64,000 nt of DNA from Adineta vaga (GCA_021613535.1 CP075492.1:2108001-2172000); one strand, 5' to 3'; positions 47,773 to 60,749 are shown, counted from the stretch's first letter. Numbers and translations are program-made. The notes: generated from the sequence alone by a model not told the origin.

Positions 47773-48708
47773 GAGTACCTAGACGAAATAGAACGTAGGT
47801 ATAGAAACGAAAGAAAATGATGATCGAGATAGTTATATGTTCAAAACAACACATTTTCAACGACAATATATATTGGTATGAAAGAAATGAAGATTTACTC
47901 TTTTCTTTGACAATTGAATGGAGCAAAGCCAGCAATTATTACTCAAAAATGTCTGACCAATATTGTCCATCGAGTAGAAACAATATTAAATGATTTATAT
48001 TACTTGAAATGCATCAGTCATGTTCAACATACAATGACCGATGTCAATCATGCACAAGTTTAACTGAATTATTTATATTTTATACCTAAACTGATCTAGT
48101 AGGCCTCTTCTTCTAAACTATTTTTTTATTCTTCTCTATTCTTTTGATAATTAGAAACTAGTTATGGCAGCCTACTCACAACTCTGCCAAATGAATTTAC
48201 TCTTACATTTGATTTGAATAAATCAGTGTAACAATGTAAATTCGTCTTTGTTTTGGATTTTTAATTCAAAATATATAAGTCATTCGTCAATCGCCTTAGC
48301 CAGCGTGAAACTAGTTATGGCAGCCTACTCACATCTTCAAGATAGCTGGTGGAAACACTCTGAAGTTTATCAGAAAGTAACTGTGAGCAACACTATAGCA
48401 TCTCGGTATACCAAATACTCGCCAGAACGGGCTCCGTCTTAATTTTTCTCAGCTGTATTACTATCTTAGCATCGGGACGTAGACTCTTTAAGAATGAAAG
48501 AGGCCAACTTTTCTTTCAAGTTCCAGGTTTATTGCTGTTGAAGTCAATAAAGGAAAAAAGACACTACACATAAACATATCTTGGTTAAAATAAAACGCGA
48601 CAATGAACAGCGAGGGAAAAAAATCGTTTTAATTGGTTTTTTGATTTGTGGATGACGGATTATGATACAGAGCAAGTGGAGCAAGCACTTAGAACTAGTA
48701 ATTTTATT

Positions 48709-49401
48709 TCAATTAACATCCTCATCCCATACAGTAGCAATGGCTCCTTCGTAATCTGTGCAATCTATAGAACCATATCCGCCATTCCTCAACGATTCCA
48801 CCAACTCCTTCTCGCATCTATCGCCATCTTCTTTACATTGTTCGCATTCATCGTCGCGATTGTGCTCATTTTGAAAATAATCGACCGCTGCATCTATTTC
48901 AGAGTCCAGAGATTCACTCACATTGATATAAAACACTCTATGATACCTCCCAGCTTCTCCAACCTCTTCTATCTTGGAAAAAAACAGTGTTTTAGTTCCA
49001 GGTTTGACCAAAATCCGTAAGCAATATGCTTGATCGTCTCTACCAATAGTATCATAGCAGAAAGCTAAAGTTCCATCTTTGCAAATAAGTGCTTTTTCGA
49101 TCTGCGAATCTTCTTTCCTCATTTTCTTCTTGATATGAGACGTATTCCATCCATTATGTTCATCGCTTTTTTGGATCGCCAGATCCTTATTCTTGTAAAT
49201 TCCTAAAACGTGACCTCCATGATACCCGTCAGATCTCCATGCAACAAAAAGAGCCATCGATGAATAAATGTTAGAGATGATTGTGTTGAGACGGTGGCTG
49301 AGACCGAAGAAGGTATAGTAAAGATCGGCTGAAGCGAGGTAGCTAAAAAGAATTTGTAGGAGCTCAACTGATAGAGCTTGTTCGAAAGTTGTAGGTGGCA
49401 T
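48709..49401 (-). CDS. F-box-like domain protein (230 aa, intronless)
   Basis: N-terminal FEQALSVELLQILFSYLASADLYYTFFGLSHRLN resembles an F-box; C-terminal part not recognised. Confidence 0.65.
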   Translation of the reverse strand: MPPTTFEQALSVELLQILFSYLASADLYYTFFGLSHRLNTIISNIYSSMALFVAWRSDGYHGGHVLGIYKNKDLAIQKSDEHNGWNTSHIKKKMRKEDSQIEKALICKDGTLAFCYDTIGRDDQAYCLRILVKPGTKTLFFSKIEEVGEAGRYHRVFYINVSESLDSEIDAAVDYFQNEHNRDDECEQCKEDGDRCEKELVESLRNGGYGSIDCTDYEGAIATVWDEDVN

Positions 49402-50507
49402 TTTCTTTTTTTGACCTAAAAGGAAAGTGAAAAGAGTCTAATGACGCGTAGACGAATATTTTCTGAATAAAGCTGATAAGCGTAAGAAGGGGAAATGAAG
49501 ATTTCATCAAGTAGATTATTCTGTTTCATGAACCGCACGTCCGAGTTTCGAGAGAACTGAAGTTTAGAGCTCCAAATTTGAAGTCTTCTTGTATCTAAGT
49601 GAGTTTTTTGTGTAGAGAAAAAAAGAGGATGACACGAACGAGCGGCTATCTTTCATGTTCAGGAAGGAAAATCGTACGTACCGTAGTTCCTGGGATTACC
49701 GCGCCTGTTTGAGTTCATCTATCTACTATAAAGCGTCGCTTTAATAAATAGGCGCGCTAGCAGAAAGAATGAATGCGAGAAACACACTGATAGATATAGA
49801 TACAGTTGATAGGAAAGAATGAATAGTCGTTGTGCAAGAAGTAGAGAGAAAAGATAACACGTAGGGAGAAAGAAAGGAGGTAATGAAGGTTGAATAAGGG
49901 TTTTCCAAGAAAAAGAGCGATGGAGACGAAAGCGAAAGGAAGGACATAGAAGGCCGAATTGAATCATTACAGTATGAGATCTAACTTCACGAGTAACTCG
50001 AGTTTGATGTAAGCTCGTGACTACCCATTTTGCACCTAAAAGTCAGTTCTCAAGCTGAAGTGCTTGCGGAACTTATGAAAATGAGAGTCTAGAATGCATT
50101 AGTGAAGGATGTTTTGCAGAAAACCTCGCAGTCAATGACATTCATTAATACACCTGAATGAATATCACGGTGAATTTAAGAAAGGTTCTGTAAAAAAAAA
50201 CCTACTATAAACAAAGGTAAAAGTTGCATCGGATGATAATACGTTCTCCATACTTTCACGCAACGGCTCAAATGATAGCGCGCTGAAACGGAAAGAACAA
50301 AATCCTTCCTTTCAAGCCTTGAAAGTACGATAAGACGGGCACTTACTTCGTTAGTTGGCATAGAAGGTGACAGACAGTTGTATTCAAACATAACTAAATA
50401 ATTTTGATATCAAGAAAATATAATGTTCAACCATATAAAATGTTTTTAATCTATCAAGAGTTTCTTGATACTTTTGCAAATCAGCATGATTGGAATGAAT
50501 GTCAATA

Positions 50508-50535
50508 TCCACACCCACACCCACACCCTCAAGAT
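50508..50535 (-). repeat. C-strand telomere tract cutting into the Tc1 transposase
   Basis: CCACACCCACACCCACACCCTCAAGAT. Confidence 0.85.
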
Positions 50536-51234
50536 AGTTCATTTCATATGAAGCAGGCGATAAAACGTGTATGGATAAAGCGTGGTGAAAAATATTATGT
50601 GTCAACAGTGAAGCATCCTGTCAAAATTCACGTTTGGGGCTGTTTTAGTAAATATGGATTTGGGAAATTGATTTTATTCAAACAAACGTTGAATTCAGAA
50701 TTTATGTGCAAAATTTACAAGAATGGACTATTGCCATCGGTAAATAAATGGTTTGGTGATAATAGTTGTGACTGGAAATTATTAGAAGGTAATGATCCGA
50801 AGCACACTTCAAAATTTAGTAAACGATTCAAGAGTAACAATTCTATAGAATCATCACCATGGCCCTCGCAATCTCCCGACTGTAATCCAGTAGAAAATGT
50901 TTGGTCACTAATGAAGCTCAAAATAAACAATCGGCCACTTACATCAGTCAACAACTTCTGCAGAAGAATAAAAAAAGAGTGGAAAAACTTATCTATTGAA
51001 TTTTCTGAAAAATTGGTACTTTCTATGGAAAATAGAATAACGTTATTAATTCAAAGAGAAGGCGACTATATTAATTATTGAGATGATGTACATACAATGT
51101 AGTTTCTATAAATAAAATATTAAAAAATAACTCCTTTGTCTTGTCGATTTTTTTCGTCGGGTCCACTTATGGCGGCGGGTGCAAGTCTATTAAGAATTTG
51201 TTTTAAAACGACCGACTTATGACAGAATACTGTA
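50536..51234 (+). mobile_element. Tc1/mariner 3' half (DDE domain fragment and right TIR)
   Basis: TVKHPVKIHVWGCFS, EGNDPKHTS (catalytic D mutated), WPSQSPDCNPVENVW; ends ...GAATACTG-TA. Confidence 0.85.
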
Positions 51235-51586
51235 GTTGTCAGGAAAGTATAAAACAAAACTATTTGCACAATTATAAATACAACAACAGAATTCTGTCAA
51301 ATTTCTATATTGGTAGTCACAGACACAATATTCATTTTTATGTGCGTTGTCCCAAATAGAATTCTGTTGGTGTTTTTTCATTTTAAAAAAGAATTCTGCA
51401 ACTGCTGCTAAATGAAAGATTTTTTTTGGAACAATAATGCTCTTTAAAAAGTCATAATTAATGATATTATAAAGTTTTATTCTTTTTAAAAATTATTAAA
51501 TTCAATGTTCTTGAAGATCTTCTTTGAATTCTGAATTCTTGCTGAATTACGTAGATTTTGCTTAAATAATAATAATATCATGTGAA

Positions 51587-52140
51587 TTAAACTGGTGAAT
51601 TGGTTTGTTCAACCATTGCTATTACAGGTGGCTGTGTCGTTAATGTATATAAGGGTGGGAGATTAACTGTAGAAGCTTCATATGATGGTGGTACTGTCGA
51701 TTCATATTTGGATGGAAGTTCAGCAGATGCAATTCCATATGAGGGTGGTGATGCTTCGTATATACTAGTGATTAGTGATGCAGGACTGATATTATAAAGA
51801 GATGGTATATAAACATTTCCTGTTGGTTTTCGTACAGGCTGTTGTTGATTTGGATGTCTTACTCTTTGATTGTTACTGGTAACCATAGAAGAATGTGAAC
51901 GTTGTTGTTTATGTCTGAAATGCGTGGCCAAGCACACACATACACAAATGAGAAACATAAAACCTGCCACACTGCTGGACGTAATTGCTATATTCTTTGA
52001 TGATAGTGAAGTTTTTGCTGGTAATGTTGAAAATCTTGGAAAAGGCTTTACTGCTTGAATAATACTGTAAATAGATCTACATGAACGGGAATGTGTTTCA
52101 CAAACTTCAGTGACTATCAGAAACGAGTATAGAAATAAAA
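51587..52140 (-). pseudogene. 3' part of a single-TM protein with PPxY motifs; 5' end replaced by an HHR module
   Basis: TM VAGFMFLICVCVCLA followed by PPSY, PPSYE and PPLY; the ORF N-terminus is the antisense of the HHR/telomere repeat. Confidence 0.6.
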
Positions 52141-52171
52141 GCTTTAGTTTACTGATATTGCAGAATTTCTT

Positions 52172-52224
52172 TACCACCTGATGAACGATTCTGTTAAATA
52201 GGAATCGAAATCTAGATTGTGGTA
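52172..52224 (+). ncRNA. Type I hammerhead ribozyme followed by a C-strand telomere tract (52240-52275)
   Basis: TACCAC-CTGATGA-ac-GATTC..GAATC-GAAA-TCTAGA-TT-GTGGTA..TTTAAACACACCCACACCCTCACCC. Confidence 0.85.
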
Positions 52225-52279
52225 GTTTAATTTCTTTAAACACACCCACACCCTCACCCACCCACACCCTCACCCTTGT

Positions 52280-54444
52280 GTTCAAACCCTATCTCGATTT
52301 AATGTCGAATCCATTTACAACACGTGAATGGAATTATCTAAAACTAGGTAAGATTTGTTGCATTCATGAGATTTGATATTGACTAGAATTAATCAAATTG
52401 TTATAGGTCCATCATTTATTCGACTAAATCAAAGTGCACTTTGTTCTCGAAAACAACAAGAAACTATAATTAAAAATGAACATAACGATATTTTTACTAA
52501 AGTTCAAGATTATCTAGTCAAACTTTGTCGTATACCAAGAACAGTGTCTATTTTTCAAGAATATTCTGATCAACTTCTTGATTATCTTCAACAATGTTAT
52601 TTTTCATCTATACCATATAAAGATCGTATCGAAGCACATAAACAAGCACAAACTGTTGCATCTATCCGAAAGAAGATTCAACAAAATCATCTTATTATAC
52701 GTCTTACTGATAAAGGTCATAATTTCTATATTGGTTTAGCAAGTGAATTTGAAAAGAAAGGTCAAAAGTTCTTTTCTGATACAAATGCCTTCATAGAATT
52801 AACAGAGAATCCATTCAATGAAATTTTAAATAAAGTTATTCAATTACTTAACACTTTTTATTCAAAAAAACTCGTTTTAAAATGGCAATATGAACAAATG
52901 ATGCCTAATCGCACCAAATGTGAATTAGCTCATTTATATTTCAATCCTAAAACACATAAGGTGTAGTAATAGCTATCTCGGAATAATTATATCTTTTGTA
53001 TTTAGAATAATATACCAGTTCGACCGATTGAAAATACAATTCGTGCTCCAACAACAAAAATATCAAATTTTCTCGATAAGATTATTCGTCCAATATTTGA
53101 TAAACATTGTTATACAACTACTATTATTGATGGTGCCCATTTAATCAAATGAATCAATAGATATATTAGAACCAGCATGTTTAAACCATCAACTTTATTC
53201 TGTACATTTGATATTCATAATTTATATACTATGTTACCACAGGAAGAAGCATTGAATACTCTGGTAGAATTTCTTTATGTCCATGGTTATCGAAAAGTGA
53301 AAGGAATTGCACTTGATACCATTCGAAAGTTGGCCTCAATAGTAATTAAAGAAAATGCTTTTATCTATGGCCATAAAATCTATAAACAAACTACAGGTGG
53401 TGCAATGGGTTCCTCATTTACTTTAACATTAGCTAATATATTTATGTGGAAATGGCAGAAGGAATTGGTTCGTTATCAAGATATTACTAGTGAATTTTGG
53501 CAGGTACATATATCTATCATAGAATATAGAAACATTAATTATAATTCTTATAGATATATTGATGATGTTTTCATGACATGGAATAAATCTGAACAACAGT
53601 TAAGAAAACTATTAGATGAAGCAAATCAATGGCATCCAAATATTAAATTAGATTATAAAATTAGTCAAAGTCTTCCATTTCTAGATATAGTTCTAACAAA
53701 TAGTGATGGTGTTCTTTTAACATCAGTTTATCATAAACCAAGTGCAGAACCATATGTGGTACCATTTACATCCGATCATCATCCATATGTATACCAAAAC
53801 GTTATCCAAACTGCCTTGGCACGAGCTATTCGATATTCATCAACATTGGAGGCATTTCATTGTGAACAAAAAGAAATAAAACTCATGATATTGTATAATG
53901 GGTAAGCATTTTGTTCCTTATTAGAACAAAATCAATGAAATTATATCAGAAAAATCTATTTTAGTTATTCTTCATCATTTATTAGTGATAAATTCTATAA
54001 ATATATGCTCGAATATATCAATATCAACTCTTTTTCGTCACTTATCACAGATACGACACAACTTTGCCTATTACGTCAGAAAATGTTGGCTCAACCCACG
54101 ATTCGTCAAACACAATTGACCAAAAGTATGCTTCAGCTGATGCAAATGATGAACAACCAGATGATTCAACAGTTACAAAGCGTGAAAATGTAATGCATTT
54201 GCAAGATCGCTTCTTTATTCATTATACACATGAAAAACGATTTCCTTCGTTCAAAAGAGATATGCATCAATTATACCGAAACGTATTCCAGAATACACCG
54301 GCAATGGCAGTTAGAATGGTTGTTGGCAATCGAAATCGTCGAGATGGTAAGCAAGAGTTGATTCATAAACGTCCAAAACAATATATGCTATTGAACAAAC
54401 AGATGAAAATCAAACGTTTGAAATTTTCATCAACTAAACATTGA
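52280..54444 (+). pseudogene. Athena reverse transcriptase with introns 52348-52406, 52961-53005, 53504-53553 and ~53902-53964; TGA at 53150-53152 and frameshifts
   Basis: LTDKGH, LYFNPKTHK, FDIHNLYT, GGAMGS, R|YIDD, PFLD, YHKP, SDH; no endonuclease. Confidence 0.9.
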
Positions 54445-56599
54445 TAGAACAAATTACTAATGCTTTTCTCATTTAATTCTATTTATTCATGCAATGGAAA
54501 TAGTATTTCTATGTTTCTCTTACTAATAGATCATTTCTTATGGCGTTTTTTATTTCGAAAATGTAATCTAGTATATATTTCTTTATTCTATTCTAGATCA
54601 ACAATACAAACTACTTCAATATACTATATATTATGCAGCAAAATATCATCTAAATTCGATTAAAACATAATTAAATTCAATTTTTCAATGAATTTAATCA
54701 TTTTTTATGGAATTTGTCTTAAAAATAGATTATGTTACAGTGTCATTTTCATTTTAACTTAGTTTTAATTCATTCGAAATCCATTTTTACGATTCTGAAC
54801 CATCTTTCAAAGAATATTCCAATCAAAAAGTAATGTTCAAAATTATTGAGTAAATAGTTTCTATTATGGCAAATTGTTATTCTCATTGTTTTATTCTTTA
54901 ATAGTAGTTCGAACACAATATAAGCAAATCTAAAAAGTCGACAATCAATTTGATTCATTATAATTGAGGCCCACAATCAATTATCAAGAGTAATACATTT
55001 AGTATTGTAAAGAAAATGAAATATTTTCTCCTTTCTTTTAGATGAGAATCATATTGTCTATATCCAAAAACAATATGTATCTTATTCTTTCATTATAATA
55101 ATCGAAATACAATCTCAATTATTATTATCAAGTCTGCCAAAAAGGTATGATTAACATCTATTCATTTATATGATTCAACGATATTGAAAATAATAAGAAT
55201 TTATATTGAAGAAAGAAAGATATTTATTGCTGGATTAAAATAAATCAAACAAGAAAAAAACAAAACAAAATTAGAATGTCTTCATTCTTCAATGAAGACA
55301 AACCACATGGACGTGCTGCAAAAAGAACTATCTAATACAAAAATGATAAGCGGCACTACCACGCGCACAAGCATAACGAGCAAAGAACAGAAAAAAAACA
55401 AAAAAATTAACTACCACCATTCGTGATAGTGATGTCCAACGATTTATGTTCGTTTTTTCTCGGCGAAACATCGAGTGTTATACTACCATGATCATTGTTA
55501 ATGACCACGGTTGTTGCCTGATGTCCATTCTGTTGTTGATTATTTCCAGTAGTTGTTACTGGTGCTCATGGTGGTCGCGTTGGTGGTGGACCAAGTGCTC
55601 CTCGTCTACTAATGTGTAGACGAGTAAAGCTTGCATGACCATCATCGTCTTTACGATGTTCGTACAAGATCACCAACTTGTTATGCTCAATACGAACCTT
55701 CTTATATTGAGCATTGATCGGTGCTTCAGCACGAGCATCATCACTACTGCTTCCGTTTGAAGCAGCACCATTAAATCCACATCGCTGAGAACGTCGACTT
55801 ACTTTTGGCATTTTCTTAATATGAATGAAGAAAAAAAAAAAGATTCTCTGCTTCTTCGACTTTATATTCCTTCTCTCTCTTTTATTTCTTTCCTTTGGTA
55901 TTTTTTCCAGAACAAATGTTCTGTTTCTTCTTTCTATACATTGATCAAAAATCTTCTTCGCTTTGTACGTGACCAATATGTATAGAATGCATGAAAAAAA
56001 ACTATGAAGAAAATATTCACATGTTTTTGAATTCTCGATATACCAATATCAAAACTCATCATACATCTATGGATTATGAGAATATATCTTTTTCTAGTGT
56101 ATCCAGACACTCACAAGCCAACGGAATCTACAATAAAAAACAGTATATAACGGTTCATTCTATATTTTGAATATAACAAACATTCATAGGATGCTAGTCT
56201 TTGATCAAGAATCAATTGAGATCAACGATAAAGAACTGCAAGTTACAAAAAAAAAAATAAACTAGTCTCGCAAAGAACATAAAAGTACCATAAAATAAAT
56301 CCTTTACAATCATCCATCATCAAACTACATCAAATACTCCAAGCAAACTGAATAACGCCATCCAAACCAACAGCCAGAGTTCAAATGACAGAATCCATCC
56401 AAATTCTCAGCAACAAACCGACTACACCATACAACAGCATCAATCAATCCAAAACTAAGGTCTGATTTAATCAAACCAACATACTTCGTCTTAATTCACA
56501 GCAGTGATAACAGTGTATTTCGTTCGAAAATGATTGAATTGAGTTGTTTTTGACTTTCTAAGTTGAAAATAATCTAGTTTTGATCGTTTTTGACTGAGA

Positions 56600-56644
56600 A
56601 GCCATCTGATGAGATCCGTAGCGGGATCGAAACGCGTCATGGCT
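56600..56644 (+). ncRNA. Canonical type I hammerhead ribozyme
   Basis: AGCCAT-CTGATGA-GATCC(gtagcg)GGATC-GAAA-CGCG-TC-ATGGCT; GUC cleavage after 56638. Confidence 0.95.
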
Positions 56645-57267
56645 GCTAGACCACACCCACACCCACCCCACACCCACCCTTCGTGTCGACTAAATTTTTT
56701 TCCATTTAACATTTTCGTTAAGATCTAGTAGTTGTGCATAATTAGATGTGGAATAGCTTTCAAAACTTTTCACTATGGTTCGATAAAGCATGTCAAGCTA
56801 TGCAAGAATTTAAATATCAGCATTTTTCCTGATCATGTTTCTTCTGTAAAAGTTAGAGATAAGTAAAACGAGTCGTAAAAGTTTTATATATTGTGTACTA
56901 AAGAAAAGAATGCTTAATTTTTCATACGTTTAATCAATCGACAGGTGACCATGTTTGTGCACCTTAAAAAAAACCTTTTCATTTATAATATGTAATAAAG
57001 CATCTTAAAACATAAAATAATAGACAGAACAATCGATGTATCAAATTTATTGAGAATTATGTATGCTCTGCCATGCATGATGTGTTAGATTTTTGTTAGT
57101 CTGTCTTCTTTCTTTCGGCATTTGTATTCAGAAAGAACTTATTGATTAATCAGGATTTGTTAATTTCTATTATTCATCTGGTTGAGAGTAAAACTGCATT
57201 ATAATAAGATATCGAATCTCATTTTTATTCAAAAGACAATAAAATAAAAATACAATTATTGATCGAA

Positions 57268-57825
57268 TATACGCTCAATTTGAAATCTAATACTATACGT
57301 CGATGTAGTTTTTCCTGCTCTATAAAATAACATAAGATCATAGCTATCATTATTATCTCTCTTAGAATTGCTATGGACATAAAAGTATGAATAATTCGTA
57401 CTAGAATGAAACTTTAGTTTAGATTGTCATGATGCTGACTGTGACTATAAAATGATCCATACCGCTCTGATCCTCTATCGATAATCTATCGTTACCTATT
57501 ACTATATCCATACTTATGTAGAACGAATAGGCAAGAGATAAATAAAGATATCATATTAGTGGAATGGCTTTTTGGCAGTGCATTTGCGCAATCAAACCGC
57601 CGAATGTTGTACTGTCCGCATAAAAAATCAAATATTTTCTGCTTTTCGAAGCAGTTTCAAATGAAAACTTAGAAGAATATTATGACAAGCCCTGTCAAAT
57701 ATTCATACTTTTATGTCCATAGCAATTCTAAGAGAGATAATAATGATAGCTATGATCTTATGTTATTTTATAGAGCAGGAAAAACTACATCGACGTATAG
57801 TATTAGATTTCAAATTGAGCGTATA
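57268..57825. repeat. 126-bp inverted duplication (57268-57393 / 57700-57825)
   Basis: Arms appear to be exact reverse complements; spacer ~306 bp. Confidence 0.9.
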
Positions 57826-58372
57826 ATAGAAAAAATCACACGTACCCTACTTTTTTATTCGAATACCCAAAAGTGATAGACTTCCTAAAACTGTTTAGTT
57901 CCTAAAAAATTGTTTTTGCTTCATTTTAGAAAAAAACTAAATATACCAAAATGTGCAGAATTTTATGCTCTATCATTCTATCCGAGAGAAAATAAGATCT
58001 AGGGGGTGGCAGATTTACGGTCTTATTCCGCGGTGTCCTTTTTTGTGAATTGGATATTTTGGTTGAGCTTGTCGACCTCTATTTAACCATATAAAAACAT
58101 GTATTAAAAATCCATAGCTGAGACGGCTTTGACTATCCAAACATGCACGATAAAAAAAGCTTACTCGATGTATAATGATACATCCTTTAATGTTATGAAT
58201 CTCACTAAAATATTCAAATTTTAACATAACTAAATCAATTATCATACTTTTTCTATCAATATCTTTTGTATTTTTTACTCTAAATTGATACTTTCTTGAG
58301 GGCGGGTGTCATTAATATTCATTTATTATAAATAAAGACAAAATCATTGATTAATCTCTATTCGATATGATT

Positions 58373-59614
58373 TTAACATAGAATTGGATAACTTGGTTGT
58401 GTAGCAACAGCACATTGATTATTTTTATTCCGTACCATTTTAACATAACCTTTTTCACCCCAATCCGTAGTCCAACTAAAATAAAAATACAAATTATTTC
58501 AAATCAATAATATTATAATTACCTATTTTTCAAAAGCCAATAATCTTTCCCAGATTCATTTCCATAACCAATAACAAAAATACCATGATCAGGAAAGTCT
58601 GGTCTACATTGTGGCTCATCATAAACTATAAAAATAACAAAATTGTACAAAAGAATTCTTTAATCAAAATGATATTTACCACCACTTTTATACAATTGAA
58701 ATGAAGTATGACCTGCATCAACAGAAGTTGCTATTGGTCCAATGAAAGCTGTAGCTTGTTGAAGAGCAGTTTCATTACCCGATGGAAGTTCAACATATCC
58801 ACAGACTTTAACAATAACATTTGATGTATTAAATGTACATGTATTTTCTTTCGCATTATATGGATAAGTTTTATCAGATTGAATACCACCAGCGTCTTTC
58901 AGATATTGAAAAGATTGATTCATTAAACCACCTTGACAACCCATATTACCGTATTTAGTTGAACAATCAACTAATTGTTGTTCTGAAAATGAAATACGTT
59001 CTCCTGTTTTAATTGCATAAAGACCTTCAATTGAACCAACTGCTGAAAATGCCCATGATGAACCACATTGACCTTGATTTTTAACAGGAACTACAGCACC
59101 TCTATCACGCCAATCTATTAATAAATAGAAATAAACAATAAGAAGTCATCAACATTAAATTCTTCATACCAACAGTATCGGGAATTTCAATATTAGAATT
59201 TATTATAAATTTTTGACCTTGTTTTTGATTATTTTCATTATGAAAATTCTTTAATAAATTAACAAATTCTTTATTTGTCTATAATAGAAAAATTATAAAA
59301 TGAATATCTAAATAATAAAAATCATTACTAAATCAGCAAATTGATTCATTCCAAGTCGATATGAATGAAGACCAAGATCAGCTTGATGATTATGTTCTTC
59401 TACTAATTCCAAATTTTTCCTCCAAATCATTCGACTAAACCACATATCAACATATAAAATTTTCATACAATAAAATTTCTTACCGAAGATGTTCTTCACT
59501 ACTTGTATAACTTTTATTAAATTGATTTTTCCATAATTTCCATTGTCGTTTATTATGAGCCCATGTGTTGCTCAAAGCAAAAACAATAAGTAAAACAATT
59601 ATTATTGATCGCAT
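58373..59614 (-). CDS. Cathepsin L-like C1A protein, multi-exon, with catalytic Cys replaced by Ser
   Basis: Signal peptide; ERFNIN-like and MNQFAD prodomain; DWR; GQCGSSWAFS; SEQQLVDC; GCQGG; DHG; KNSW; short GT-AG introns. Confidence 0.92.
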
Positions 59615-60453
59615 CTAAATATTTCATTACAATGAAGAAAAATTTTATTTGTGCGTGTACGCACCTTTTGTTAATAATAAAAATGATCTTATCATTAATA
59701 AGCATTTTTTTATCTCAATGCAGTGTCATTTTTTCGTTGATATGATGTTGTTAGTTTTTTTCTTCAATTTTTGTCTCATCATCAATATAAGTTATTGAAA
59801 TATTTTTACTATTATAAACGACTACAGTTCCCGCTGCAAATTATAAAATAGCTACAAAGAAAATATCGCAAATTGAAAAAACGACAGGAGATGTATTTGT
59901 GTATATCATAAACACTGAAATACTACTTGATTCATTTTTTTTCTATTTTAGTTTCTCAGAACTATTAATTAAAATTATTCTTTAATCGTAGTTTATCCTC
60001 AACTTTTCGTCATCATTCCCACTTTTATTCTTTAACTTTAATCTGATCGTCACCCAAAGGATTATCCTACATTCTCACTCATACTACTGCGTTGTAGAAA
60101 TTTATTATTGTCACACAATTTTTATTAATTGAGTTACATAAATTTCATTCATCAAATTACACATTGGATTGAGTATGCAGTTACCTATTCAACGAATGAA
60201 TTAAGTTCAATTACAAACATCAGTAATTCAATCATGAAAAGAACAAGATATAGAAAACACTCATCAAATTTCCACGTGACGAATAAGAAGTTTAAAGTTG
60301 CTTTTCGATTTTCTCTTTTTCCGTCATCATTTCTATATATTTTTGTGAATTGTTTTCTTGTCTCTTTCTCTACAATTATAGTCAGAGTAATAATTATAAA
60401 CGCTCAGGAGCGCGTCTAATCTGAGTGAGGAGGTGTGTCAACATCCTTAGAAA

Positions 60454-60749
60454 TATTCCCTCTACTGAAAGGAGGGTATGTACGAAAAGTAGTTAAAGTT
60501 CGTTCGTTTGTCCGTTCGTCCGTCACAACATTGTTACATATTGTATATAGTAAAACTATTCCTGAATATTTTCATAAAAGGGTTGACCGAAGGGTACTCG
60601 AGGTTGAGGATCACGAATATGATGTTAGTTTTAACTCATTATTAACTAATTATTTAACTGATCATTAATTATTAATATTTTGTATAAAACTTGACCAAAG
60701 GGTAATCGGGGTCGAGGAACACGAATATGATGTTAGTTTTAACTAATTA
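60454..60749 (+). mobile_element. DINE-1/HINE-like (Helentron-associated) non-autonomous element, truncated by a telomere scar
   Basis: ATTCCCTC..GAGGGTAT short IR; GTCC/GTTC microsatellite; ~120-bp tandem duplication containing CACGAATATGA. Confidence 0.6.

Larger units (their letters stand above)
52276..56680 (+). mobile_element. Athena retroelement 2; 5'-truncated, ending in an HHR and (CACCCA)n
   Basis: Intron-containing RT, long 3' region, canonical HHR at 56600-56644, telomere tract 56651-56680; continuity of RT and 3' end is inferred. Confidence 0.8.

Noticed and set aside
48156-48332. 27-bp direct repeat GAAACTAGTTATGGCAGCCTACTCACA
   Set aside because: Only two copies with no associated structure; probably a local duplication.
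48646-49020. Plus-strand hydrophobic 124-aa ORF
   Set aside because: It is the antisense shadow of the acidic C-terminus of the F-box-like ORF.
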